Source: Macrostomum lignano (taxonomy: Eukaryota). From it: DNA of 64,000 nucleotides. The notes under the pieces were generated by a model. The model was not told the DNA's origin and made no database searches. It saw only the letters and a program-made list of their open reading frames with translations. Made by a program: the position numbers and the translations under genes. This document shows positions 11,184-22,908 of the stretch, one piece after another (the first letter of the stretch is position 1; each line of letters opens with the position of its first letter). The DNA lies in assembly GCA_002269645.1 (NCBI GenBank), contig NIVC01001049.1, positions 309,836 through 373,835 of the forward strand, given 5' to 3'.

Positions 11184-14100
11184 TCAGTCCCGGTCCGCCA
11201 CCGAGCCAGCGGCCGCGGCAGCACCTCCGCCAGGCCCGGCGGCTCCCTGCGGCCCCGGGCGCTGCAGGTGCGCCATGCGCTGGCGCTGCAGGAAGGTCTG
11301 GCCGGGGCTGCCGCCGCCGCCGCCGGGCAGGTCGTACTCGCCGGCCACGCCCTGGTTGAGCTGCATGCCCAGGCTGTACCAGGCAGACACCATCAGGCGG
11401 TCCTCCATCTCGCGGCATTTCTGCGACTTCTCCTGGGCCCGCTCCAGCTGCTCGATGACGCGGTCCTTCTCCACCAGCTGCTGCTTCAGGGCGCCGAGTT
11501 CCTCAGTCTCGTTCAAGCCGTGGCTGGTAGCGCGCGTGTCCAGCGCCCTGATCACGGATTTTGCGCGCTCCAGGTAGCGCTTGTAGCGCTCCTCGGCCCC
11601 GCGCGCCTCCTCCTCCCGCCTGGCCAGCTGCTCCGACAGCTCTTTCACTCGGGCCGCGCCCGACTTTGCCCGGTCCTCCAGCTCCAACATGCGCTGCCGC
11701 TGCCGCTGCAACTCCGCCTCCAGCTGCCCGCGGGCCGTTAGCTGATCCGAAACCTGCCGGTGGGAGAGGGGCGCGACCGTTGGACAATCAGCCACTCAGT
11801 CACGCAATCACCCACTCAGTCACACAATCACACTCTCAGTCACACAATCACCCACTCAGTCACACAATCAGCCACTCAGTCACACAATCACACTCTCAGT
11901 CACACAATCAGCCACTCAATCACACAATCAGCCACTCAGTCACACAATCACACTCTCAGTCACACAATCACCCACTCAGTCACACAATCAGCCACTCAAT
12001 CACACAATCACCCACTCAGTCACATAATCACACACTCAGTCACATAATCAGCCACTCAATCACACAATCACCCACTCAATCACACAATCACCCACACAGT
12101 CACATAATCACCCACTCAGTCACACAATCACCCACTCAGTCACACAATCACACTCTCAGTCGTACAATCACCCACTCAGTCACACAATCAGCCACTCAGT
12201 CACACAATCACCCACTCAGTCACACAATCAGCCACTCAATCACACAATCACTCACTCAGTCACGCAATCAGCCACTCAGTCACAGAATCACCCACTCAGT
12301 CACACAACCTACGAACCTGTCTCCGCAGGTCCTGCACGACGTTGCCGCCAGCCTCGCTGCTCTCCTGGCTCTCCTTCAACCGCCGGTTGTCCCGCTCCAA
12401 CCGCAGCAGTTTTTCCTTGACGCGCAACGGCAGGCCGAGGAACTCCGGCTCATCGTCCTCCAGGGCCAGCGACTTGCCGCTGGGGTCCGCCTGCAGCTTC
12501 ACCTGCGGGGGTTTGGATAACGAATGTACTTTTAGCTGGATTGAGTTGTTAGGATCTATGGACTTGGTGAGGGTGTTCGAATCTATACATGTAGATCCTG
12601 AGCTGATGTAAGCTGATGGTGGAATATATTGATCTGGATCAGACGGTGTATTAATTTATAGATCAAGTCTACAGATCTGGGAAGGCAGGTGTTGGAGTCT
12701 ATAGATCTGAGAAGGCAGGTGTTGGAGTCTATAGATCTGAGAAGGCAGGCGTTGGAGTCTATAGATCTGAGAAGGCAGGCGTTGGAGTCTATAGATCTGA
12801 GAAGGCAGGTGTTGGAGTCTATAGATCTGAGAAGGCAGGCGTTGGAGTCTATAGATATGAGAAGGCAGGTGTTGGAGTCTATAGATTTGAGAAGGCAGAT
12901 GTTGGAGTCTATAGATCTGAGAAGGCAGGTGTTGGAGTCTATAGATCTGAGAAGGCAGGTGTTGGAGTCTATAGATCTGGGAAGGCAGGTGTTGGAGTAT
13001 ATAGATCTGAGAAGGCAGGTGTTGGAGTCTATAGATCTGAGAAGGCAGGTCTTAGAGTCAAGAAACTCAACGTAGATTTGCAAACCACGCCGCTAACCTG
13101 CATCTCCAAGTCTTCGTTGGCCTCGCGCAGGCTGTCGCGCTCGATGCGCAGCTTCTCCAGCTCCGGCTCCAGGGTCTCCGCTCTGCTCACGTGATGCGCC
13201 AGATCCAGTGCGGCCCGCTCGGCTCGCTTCCGCTCCTCGCTGAGCTCGGCCTGGCAGGTGGCCAGCTGCTCGCGCAGCGACTCGGCCAGTCGCCGGCTGT
13301 CCAGCAGGCGCTCATTCTCCTCCTCCAGCTCGAGCCGGCGGCGGAGGCTCTCCTCGCCTTGCTGTTGAAGCAGCTTCAGCTGGCTGCGCAACTCGCTGGC
13401 GTCCTCGGCCTAAGGGAATTCCAGATTAAATTAATAAAATGCATATTTGCTTTATGCTCTACTAACAGTAGCTTGAACGGGCTTGCGAGCAGGAAAAGAA
13501 CTCTCTCTCACTCTGAATTATTTGCTGAGTAATAAAACAGACAAGCGTTCAGCCCCCTAACCCGAATCTCTTTCATATCAAGAACCTTCTCTCTTCACCT
13601 CAGCCCCCCTCTACGCCGGAGCCACTTGCATAAATAATGCAGGCAGAGGCGAGACATCCGACCCCGCCCCGGCCTGAGTGAGTCATCACCTTGCGCCGCA
13701 TCTGCTCCAAGGCGGCCTCAGTCTTGGCTAAGGTGGCCTGACGCTCTCTTAGCACGTCGAGCTCGTCGCGAAGCGCCGCGAGATTGCCGCTCTGCCGCAG
13801 GAGGTCCTCCTTCTCCCGCTCCAGCTGGTCGGCCCGGGCCTTGGCCTCCTGCCGCTGCGCCTCCAGGCGGCACAGCTCCTCCTGCATCAGCTCCACCTGC
13901 TCCTCTAGCGCCCGCGTCCTGTAGGCGGCGCCGCTCTCCGCTTTCTGCGCCGACTCCAGCGACTCCACTCGGCGGGTGAGGCGCTCCACCTCGGCCTGCA
14001 GGGATGTCCGCTCCTCCTGCAGGGCGGACACCTGGTAGTCCAGCTCGTGACAGCGCTGGGACATCTCCTCCTTGGCCTGCACGGCGCTGTAGCAGTCCTC

Positions 14101-17100
14101 CAGGGCCTTCTTCAGCTGCAGTTGGGGGTTGGGAATGCCTGGTATTGGGCCTGTGCGGCTCAGGATAAGACACACCATGTGTCCACTGCGACCCCATAAT
14201 ACGCAGTGTGTCCACTGTGACCCTCCTAAGACACAAAGTGTGTCCACTGTGACCCTCCTAAGACACAAAGTGTGTCCACTGTGACCCTCCTAAGACACAA
14301 AGTGTGTCTACTGTGACCCTCCTAAGACACAAAGTGTGTCCACTGCGACCCCCAATAAGACACAAAGTGTGTCCACTGTGACCCTCCTAAGACAAAGTGT
14401 GTCCACTGCAACCCCATAGGACACATATTGAATTGAAATAAGCTGAGGTATCTGTACTGCCGTTCCCGCAATCGATCCAGACAACACAAGCGGCTCACCT
14501 TTTTATCAACATCGCTCTCCGCCCTGGGCCGGTCCATGAGCTGAAAATTGGATAAATGGAGGCCATTAGTCTCCGGACTGTCAGATATAATTGAAGATAC
14601 AGCTGATAAACAAAGAGCAATGTAGCCAAGTCATCAAGCCAGCTCAGCTTATATAGGCAAAAGCTGAATAGCCACCAGGTGGAATTCGCACCTCAGGACT
14701 CAGGCAGAGATAACCATTGCTAACAATAGTTATTCATTCACTATAATCTGGCACGCTGTCTGGTCCGGGCCGGTCACGTGACGCACCAGTTAATTGTGGC
14801 GCCAGACTGGTCGGAAATTCGGGTCGTGCCAAAGATAACACGGGCGATTTAATAAGCTATGACTACCACCGGCTTGGTTTATTCACAGAGAGGACAATAA
14901 AGGTCACTGTAGCCGCCTCGGGGACGCCAAGAGGCACCCGCAATAGAGCGACTTCATTTCATTCTATAACAAAGGAACGAGTGAGTCGCCGAGGCGGCAG
15001 CGCTTAGCCAGTCTGGCACGCTGTCTGGTCCGGGTCGGTCACGTGACGCTCCCAAAAGGAGGCGGCAGACCGCCGGAAATTCGGGTCGTGCGAACGCCAC
15101 AAAAACAGATAAAACTCGCTAAGAAAACCTCGCTAAGTAAAACTCGCTACCAAAACCTCGCTAAGTAAAACTCGCTACCAAAACCTCGCTAAGTAAAACT
15201 CGCTACCAAAACCTCGCTAAGTAAAACTCGTTACCAAAACCTCGCTAAGTAAAACTCGCTACCAAAACCTCGCTAAGTAAAACTCGCTACCAAAACCTCG
15301 CTAAGTAAAACTCGCTACCAAAACCTCGCTAAGTAAAACTCGCTACCAAAACCTCGCTAAGTAAAACTCGCTACCAAAACCTCGCTAAGTAAAACTCGCT
15401 ACCAAAACCTCGCTAAGTAAAACTCGCTACCAAAACCTCGCTAAGTAAAACTCGCTACCAAAACCTCGCTAAGTAAAACTCGCTACCAAAACCTCGCTAA
15501 GTAAAACTCGCTACCAAAACCTCGCTAAGTAAAACTCGCTACCAAAACCTCGCTAAGTAAAACTCGCTACCAAAACCTCGCTAAGTAAAACTCGCTACCA
15601 AAACCTCGCTAAGTAAAACTCGCTACCAAAACCTCGCTAAGTAAAACTCGCTACCAAAACCTCGCTAAGTAAAACTCGCTACCAAAACCTCGCTAAGTAA
15701 AACTCGCTACCAAAACCTCGCTAAGTAAAACTCGCTACCAAAAACCCGCTAACAAACTTACAGCGGCATAGCAACGGAGAATAGAGTGGTCACTAATAGT
15801 TAAAACAATGCGGACACTCATTATTAAAGCGACACGAGTTCTCTCAAGGTGGCCGCTGGTTGAGCAGCTTCAGCAGCTCCACGGAGCCCCGAGCAGCAGA
15901 GCTGGCAGTCATGAGAGCGGGACAGAGCGGAGGCCAGCAGAAACCAGCAGAGATCGGCAGATTGAAGAACAGAGTTGGGCCCACAGTGAGGCCTATTTAT
16001 CAGCTCACAGCGCCGTAATGGCAAAGTCTAAAGGCTAAATACGCCGGTTGGCAGCGCAGATAAGCGCTTGACCCAGCTAGAATTTCTCAGCCGGTTTTTC
16101 GGTGCGCCACTCGCTTGGAAACTGCCGCAGCGCCCCCCCAGCCCTAATCTCTGAGCGTCCTGCGGCAGGTGAGCCAGATTCAGTTATGGAAATTTCCACT
16201 TATAAAAGAAGGTCACAATAAACTTTGCCGAATCGATAAGTTAGCAGAGATACTCAGTCTTTGTCACACAGCAGTTGGGACAAAGACGCAGTCAAAATTA
16301 CACAATTACACTGAATAAATTAAATCTAAGATGACAATAAAATAATTAAGCTCCATGCCAGCTCAAACAGTGCATTGCGCGTGTAAAAAAAGCACACCAA
16401 AAACAAGATAAGCAGCGGGCCTTTGAAAAAACCGGCTTTGCACCGCAGCTTAGAGATTGGCATGCAGTGCCTGGGCCCGCTAGCTAGGAATCTCGGCCAG
16501 TTTACTGAGCACACTCTGCGCACTACAGATAAACTGGCACTGCCACAGCAACTCACATCTTTGATAGCCAGCATGATGCTCTGCTGGAACTGCTCAATCA
16601 GCACACTCTGCGCACTACAGATGAACTGGCACTGCCACAGCAACTCACATCTTTGATAGCCAGCATGATGCTCTGCTGGAACTGCTCAATCAGCACACTC
16701 TGCGCACTACAGATAAACTGGCACTGCCACAGCAACTCACATCTTTGATAGCCAGCATGATGCTCTGCTGGAACTGCTCAATCAGCACACTCTGCGCACT
16801 ACAGATGAACTGGCACTGCCACAGCAACTCACATCTTTGATAGCCAGCATGATGCTCTGCTGGAACTGCTCAATCAGCACACTCTGCGCACTACAGATAA
16901 ACTGGCACTGCCACAGCAACTCACATCTTTGATAGCCAGCATGATGCTCTGCTGGAACTGCTCAATCAGCACACTCTGCGCACTACAGATGAACTGGCAC
17001 TGCCACAGCAACTCACATCTTTGATAGCCAGCATGATGCTCTGCTGGAACTGCTCAATCAGCACACTCTGCGCACTACAGATAAACTGGCACTGCCACAA

Positions 17101-20100
17101 CAACTCACATCTTTGATAGCCAGCATGATGCTCTGCTGGAACTGCTCAATCAGCACACTCTGCGCACTACAGATGAACTGGCACTGCCACAGCAACTCAC
17201 ATCTTTGATAGCCAGCATGATGCTCTGCTGGAACTGCTCAATCAGCACACTCTGCGCACTACAGATAAACTGGCACTGCCACAGCAACTCACATCTTTGA
17301 TAGCCAGCATGATGCTCTGCTGGAACTGCTCAATCAGCACACTCTGCGCACTACAGATAAACTGGCACTGCCACAGCAACTCACATCTTTGATAGCCAGC
17401 ATGATGCTCTGCTGGAACTGCTCAATCAGCACACTCTGCGCACTACAGATGAACTGGCACTGCCACAGCAACTCACATCTTTGATAGCCAGCATGATGCT
17501 CTGCTGGAACTGCTCAATCAGCACACTCTGCGCACTACAGATGAACTGGCACTGCCACAGCAACTCACATCTTTGATAGCCAGCATGATGCTCTGCTGGA
17601 ACTGCTCAATCAGCACACTCTGCGCACTACAGATGAACTGGCACTGCCACAGCAACTCACATCTTTGATAGCCAGCATGATGCTCTGCTGGAACTGCTCA
17701 ATCAGCACACTCTGCGCACTACAGATGAACTGGCACTGCCACAGCAACTCACATCTTTGATAGCCAGCATGATGCTCTGCTGGAACTGCTCCTCCATGCC
17801 CATGATCAGCTGGATGTACTTCTCCTTGTCCGCGCAGGATACCGCGCAGCCCAGCACCAGCTGCAGCAGGGCGCCCAGCTCGTCGGGCGAGGCGCTCTCC
17901 CCGATGCTGTTGATGTCCGGCGTCTCGAAGTTGTTGATGTGCATGTCCAAGCAGTCCGAGTAGAAGTCTCGGACAGCCTTCACAATCTTCTTCAGGTTGC
18001 TCACCTGGGAGACGGGCCGGGTGAATTTCGGAGCACTGATCTCTGCCAGCCATGAATATATAAATCTAACAATACCGCCAGGTGCTAACAGATGCTAGGA
18101 AAATTCCGATGCAGAAAATTTGTGATTAACAAAGAAGAAAGGCTTTGACTCATTAATTAGCACCTCTCAGCCAGCTGGCCAGACCGGCTCCAGGTGCTGA
18201 CGACACCTTGGGGGGGGGGCATGCAGGACGCTTGCAGCAGCAGCGTGCCCCCCCCCCCCCCAATCCAATTTACTGCCCGTCAGGGGGCTGCAGGGCGGAT
18301 CTGGCAGTTGAAGGCAGGCTGCTGACGGCAGCAGCTGCGCCAGCGCCGACTCGAACCCCCGACTGTCTCAAACAGGCAGCCCGCCTGTAGCTAATAAATA
18401 GCCGAACTCACTGGGATCCCCAGCCGCTCATCATCAAGAAGTGAAGCTACCCTGCTCCATCAGCAGCAGGAGTCTCGATCTCTCCATCTCACAGAGTCTC
18501 TACCCAGCCCCGCAGTTCGGTGTCCAATGCAGTCAGCAGTGGTGGCGCTCCTCCTGGCGGTAGCCGTCCTGACGGCGAGCGGCCAGCTCGGCTCTGCCAG
18601 CCCGCAGCGGCAGGCGCTGCAGCATCAGCAGCCGGATATGGATGACCTGCTGCCGCCGCTATTCGACGATCCCGAAGTACTCAGACAGTACCTGCGCAGT
18701 CTCAATGGTCACTACGCTACACTGGCCAGGCCCAGGTGAGGCTGCGGCCGTACTAATACAGCATTTGTAGCAACAAAATCACTGAATGCCATTGCCGCAT
18801 CAAATTCTCTACCCTCAGATACGGCAAGCGCTCCCTCGGCAGCAGCAAGGAGGAAGACATCGGATGCGACTGAGCCGAGCTCTGTTCACTGAATTCCACT
18901 CGAATCGTTTCAGACTGCTGGGAGTTTCCCAGCCTAAGATAAATGCCATGGACTGAAATAAAACTGCACTTTAAACAAAAGCCTTCATCATAGCATAATG
19001 TCTTCATTTTTCCGGATTTGCATCTCCGATATTAGAGTGGAAAAGTCTTAGGTAAATATTGAATCTTGCAGAGCATTCACAGTAGGCTTTAAAGCTGCAC
19101 GCAGTGCCCGGCTTTTGAGTCAACAATGGGCACCTGATGCCATCTGTTGGCAGCAAGACCACAATTGTACTAAAGAAGCGGCCGCCCGCATCAATACCAA
19201 TTCCTAACTCAACAAAACATTCTAAAAAAGTAAGAGTTGAGAGCAGATAAACGTCAAATCCCCAAGTCTTGCTACTTCCTTTGGCAATGCAAAAGTCCAT
19301 CTTATGAGTGAAAATGCAGGCTTATGAGTGAAATTACAAGCTTATGAGCGAAAATTCAAGCTTATGATGAGTGAAAATGAAGGTTTATGAGTGACAATAC
19401 AAGCTTATGAGCGAAAATTCAAGCTTATGATGAGTGAAAATGCAGGCTTATGAGTGAAAACACAACCTTATGAGTCAAAATTCAAGCTTATGAGTAAAAA
19501 TCCAAGCTTATGAGTAAAAATCCAAGTTTATGAGTATAAAAACCGAAGCTTATGAGTGGCAATACAAGCTTATGAATGAAAATACGAGCTTATGAGTGAA
19601 AATGCAAGCTTTATGGGTGAAAATGCAAGTCTATGAGTGAAAATGCAAGTCTATGAGTGAGAATCATAGCTTTATGAGTGAAAATTCAAGCTTTATGAGT
19701 GAAAATTCAAGCTTATGAGTGAAAATTAAAGCTTTATTAGTGAAAATTCAAGCTTATGAGTGAAAATGCAGGCTTGAGTGAAAATACAAGCTTATGAGTA
19801 AAAAATGCAAGTTTATGAGTGAAAATGCAAGCTTGCAAAAGGACAGCTCTCTAGTGGCAACTCACCTTCAATCGCCAATTGCTGCCAGAGTCCGGTTTAA
19901 TTTTTGACAGCCAGTCTTCACTGAAGCAGTCTGAAGAGCTGCAGAGGGAGTTCAGCATTGTAAATTGTCAAGACATGTGGCAAAGCTGGGACAAAGCTAT
20001 AATATAGGATTCAATGCAAGCACTACTCACATGGTGTGAAGAGTCTTGGCAATAATGACTCCATCAGACAGTTCAAGGGCTGAGCTCACTCCTGATGCAC

Positions 20101-22908
20101 ACTCAAATGTTTGCAACTACAATTTTATTATTGCATGGTGAATTTATTACTATTATTGTCTTATGGGTACTATTTTATTAGTATGTATGACACATCAATG
20201 TAATAAGTCAGTTGGTACTTGGCCATTTAAAATGTTACCCATGATGTAGCATTGTCAATCACAAATGAATCACAAGTTACTCACGAGGACACAGATAATT
20301 ATCCACTTCAATAACAATGTGAAGGTATAGTTTTCATTTAGAAACCAATCAGATGTGATTGATAACCCAAATCACAATTGCACTAATAATCTATAATTGC
20401 CTTAAAAGAACACCATTAAATATAATATATTAAATGCAATTTTAATATAGCTGCTTTTCTATTTCTTTTATTTCTTGATTTTTAACATAAACCCAATCTA
20501 AAACCAAAGTGTATTGGCCTAATTTTCTTAATAAAATATTATTATATAATGGAAATGTCTTAGTTGTTGGCCTAAAAGGTTAGGACAATAAAACAGCATA
20601 TAGATAATACATAGATAGGACAATAGCATATAGTATATAAGTGATACATAGATTGTCTCAAACAAATTGTTTTGGCACATACTTTGCTATTGTCTCACTT
20701 AATGACAATAAATATCTAATATATACATGGGCCAATAACACAAATAATATATAAATGATGCCTAGGTTATCTTTGAAAAATGATTTACTATTTAGATCTC
20801 ATATTTATAACTGATATCATGATGAAACGATTAGCTATAAGACTCCTTTTCTATCTTCCCTTGTGATGGCCTTGTAATAAACCTTTGTAAACTTTTTGAC
20901 TATGCAATAAACGTTTTATTCTAGAAATTTCTATAATAAATCTAAACGTACTAAATCGTTAATATATAATAAATATAATCACTCAAATTCCTACACTAAC
21001 TCTTTCTAGAACATTCTTTTTTTGGAATGTTCTATCAAAAAGCTATAAATATAAAGGTATAAAGCACTCATTATCAAATGGTTGCAAGCTTTTGTTTTGG
21101 CCCATTATTATCTTGTTCTCAATAATATAATTAACTAAGAACTACCACCTTCTATCTCATTTATTTAAACCATTACAACTAGTCTAATAAGACAAAATTG
21201 ATATAATGACTAGGCCTTAAGGTCTTTTTCTAAGCATCTTACAAAAAGACTAGATTATCTTTATTCACTATAAAAAGATATACTATAACTATGTATCATG
21301 ATATAATAAATCTATTTTATCATTTTTTCCATATATACTATTGTTAGTATTGACATGTAAACGTGATATATGTTATCACACTTTAGATCATATAATATAT
21401 GCCCAAAAATTTGCTTTGTATGCCAAAAGTAAGCATGCACAATTGGCATGCATCACTCCTAAGAAAATAATGTGCGTATATACCTGGCATACACTTTGTA
21501 GAATTGTGCAAGAGTTATTATAAAGATGAAAAAATGAAAAGAATCATTTTAAACATAAATTTTAAGCTTTCTGGGTTTTTAAAGCTTATAATGAAGCATT
21601 TAAACAATTTTTTGTATGTATCATTTTTTACTAAACAGAGTACTACCAAAAAGCAGAAAAATTAACCAAATGATCTACCATTACCAAAAAGGATTAATTA
21701 TGCAATTCAAAAAGGGTCATTTATTGTCACAATGTAAAAAGGTCATTTACTGTCACAATACTAATATAGTTTTGAGAATGAGCATGCACTTAGTTTATTT
21801 TGGCATGCATTTGTAATTATTGGATTTTTGTTTATGTGCACCCAGCATGATTTGGACTATGGATATGTTATGTTATATACTATTATAGATTATTATATAT
21901 ATATATTAACTTCTAATATATAATAACAAAAAATTGACCAATGACAATGGCTAGCAAAAATATACAGAGCAAAAATACTATTGTATTGATATAGGCTAAT
22001 ATTCCATACTCAGGAAGGTGGCCTGCACGTGGGAATTCCCGCGTGGCACAAGCCACACTAAAATTTTGGCGTGCAAAGTTGGCGTGCAAATAGGGGTCTC
22101 AAGCCACGCCTAAATTTTCAGCGTACAAGTTTTTTACTTGGCGTGTAACCTTGGCATGCAATTACAAACTGATAGTATATCAACAAGTCAGATATAGATG
22201 TATACACTATATATATATACAATATATAAAGTTAAACGTGAACAATTGAATTTGAATATTTATTAAACCAACTAGTTGAGGCTACAGCCAGGCCTTCACT
22301 CTACAGCCTACATTAAAATTAAAATATCCAATAACTTTTAAACGCTCTTATTTTGTGACTCTTGTAGACTTTTAGTTTATTTGTTTCTTGAAATTTGAAG
22401 AAAAAGTTTTTGATACTCACTATGTTCTTTGTAGCGAATTTCCTTTTTTTATATAAACTTTGTTTAATGTAAGTAGAAAATTTATTTAAAAATAGTATCT
22501 AATATGGTTAATATTCAAATCACACGTACATGAGGCGTACATGATTTTTGGTATTCAAGATTTTTGGCGTGCAACAGAAACGTCATGTTAAGGGCTTTAA
22601 AAAATTGGCGTACATTGGCGTGCACCAAGGATTTTTCCATAAATTGATTCCCGCGTGCACTTGCCACCTTCCTGACTATGGCTAATATTCAATAAAGTCA
22701 AAATTATCTTAGGCCATAGTTATAGGCCCTAGTTATTCACAAAACAAAACCCTTAGAAGTCTTTATTCACAAAAATACTAGGGGCCTAAAATTGAAATCG
22801 AGGATTGTTGCTTAATACAAAATACAAATAAATATTATAAATAATAAAAAAAGTTATAGCAATTCTTACCCATTTGAGAAGGTTTTCAAATAAGTCAGCT
22901 TTATTCAT
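11184..22908 (-). CDS. HOOK: Hook family dynein adaptor, 9 coding exons, ~661 aa: 22870-22908, 20031-20116, 19866-19938, 17753-18004, 14499-14540, 13690-14115, 13098-13409, 12317-12502, 11184-11753
   Basis: The N-terminal Hook domain is reconstructed as MNKADLFENLLKW/LQTFEC...LSDGVIIAKTLHTI/...WLSKIK...NWRLK/VSNLKKI...ELGALLQLVLGCAV. It is followed by AKEEMSQRCHELD, a coiled coil, and C-terminal RLMVSAWY and QTFLQRQR. All junctions are GT-AG and in phase. Confidence 0.92.
11785..12308. repeat. 20-bp minisatellite (CACACAATCA[G/C]CCACTCAGT) in Hook intron 8
   Basis: About 26 copies. Confidence 0.95.
12665..13052. repeat. 30-bp minisatellite (GTTGGAGTCTATAGATCTGAGAAGGCAGGT) in Hook intron 7
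   Basis: About 13 copies. Confidence 0.96.
14175..14420. repeat. ~32-bp minisatellite (GTGTCCACTGTGACCCTCCTAAGACACAAAGT) in Hook intron 5
   Basis: About 7 copies. Confidence 0.92.
15115..15745. repeat. 28-bp satellite (AAAACTCGCTACCAAAACCTCGCTAAGT), a dimer of 14-bp subunits, in Hook intron 4
   Basis: About 22 near-identical copies. Confidence 0.97.
16509..17791. repeat. 14 x 92-bp tandem array duplicating the Hook exon 4/intron 4 junction
   Basis: Period is 92 bp. Each unit carries the last 39 nt of exon 4 and the GTGAGT donor on the minus strand. Confidence 0.97.
18527..18873 (+). CDS. NPY: Neuropeptide Y/F precursor (87 aa), exons 18527-18735 and 18819-18873, nested antisense in Hook intron 3
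   Basis: A signal peptide precedes the predicted 36-aa peptide PDMDDLLPPLFDDPEVLRQYLRSLNGHYATLARPRY-GKR (amidation and cleavage site). A phase-2 intron falls inside the penultimate Arg codon, the conserved NPY/NPF hallmark. Confidence 0.93.
19300..19835. repeat. ~21-bp degenerate minisatellite (AAGCTTATGAGTGAAAATTC) in Hook intron 3
   Basis: About 25 degenerate copies. Confidence 0.92.
22011..22674. mobile_element. MITE (664 bp) in Hook intron 1
   Basis: TIRs are CAGGAAGGTGGC (12/12 perfect, imperfect to ~28 bp). The flanks carry a 3-bp duplication ACT (22008-22010, 22675-22677), with subterminal TTGGCGTGCA-type motifs at both ends. Confidence 0.8.

Noticed and set aside
11561-12520. 319-aa plus-strand His/Ser/Thr-rich ORF
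   Set aside because: Antisense of Hook exons plus a 20-bp intronic minisatellite.
12583-13083. LRSIDSNTCL / LESIDLRRQV repeat ORFs that look LRR-like
   Set aside because: A 30-bp minisatellite inside Hook intron 7, open on both strands because the period is a multiple of 3.
16195-16215. TATAAAAG as a promoter for NPY
   Set aside because: 2.3 kb away across the 92-bp array, with no supporting exon chain.
15115-17791. Regular arrays as possible CRISPR
   Set aside because: Head-to-tail units with no unique spacers, no cas genes, and a eukaryotic intron context.
20236-20275. Alternative Hook exon 1 ending TGG/GT (CDSFVIDNATSW)
   Set aside because: No ATG and an in-frame stop upstream; 22870-22908 (MNKADLFENLLKW) fits the family much better.
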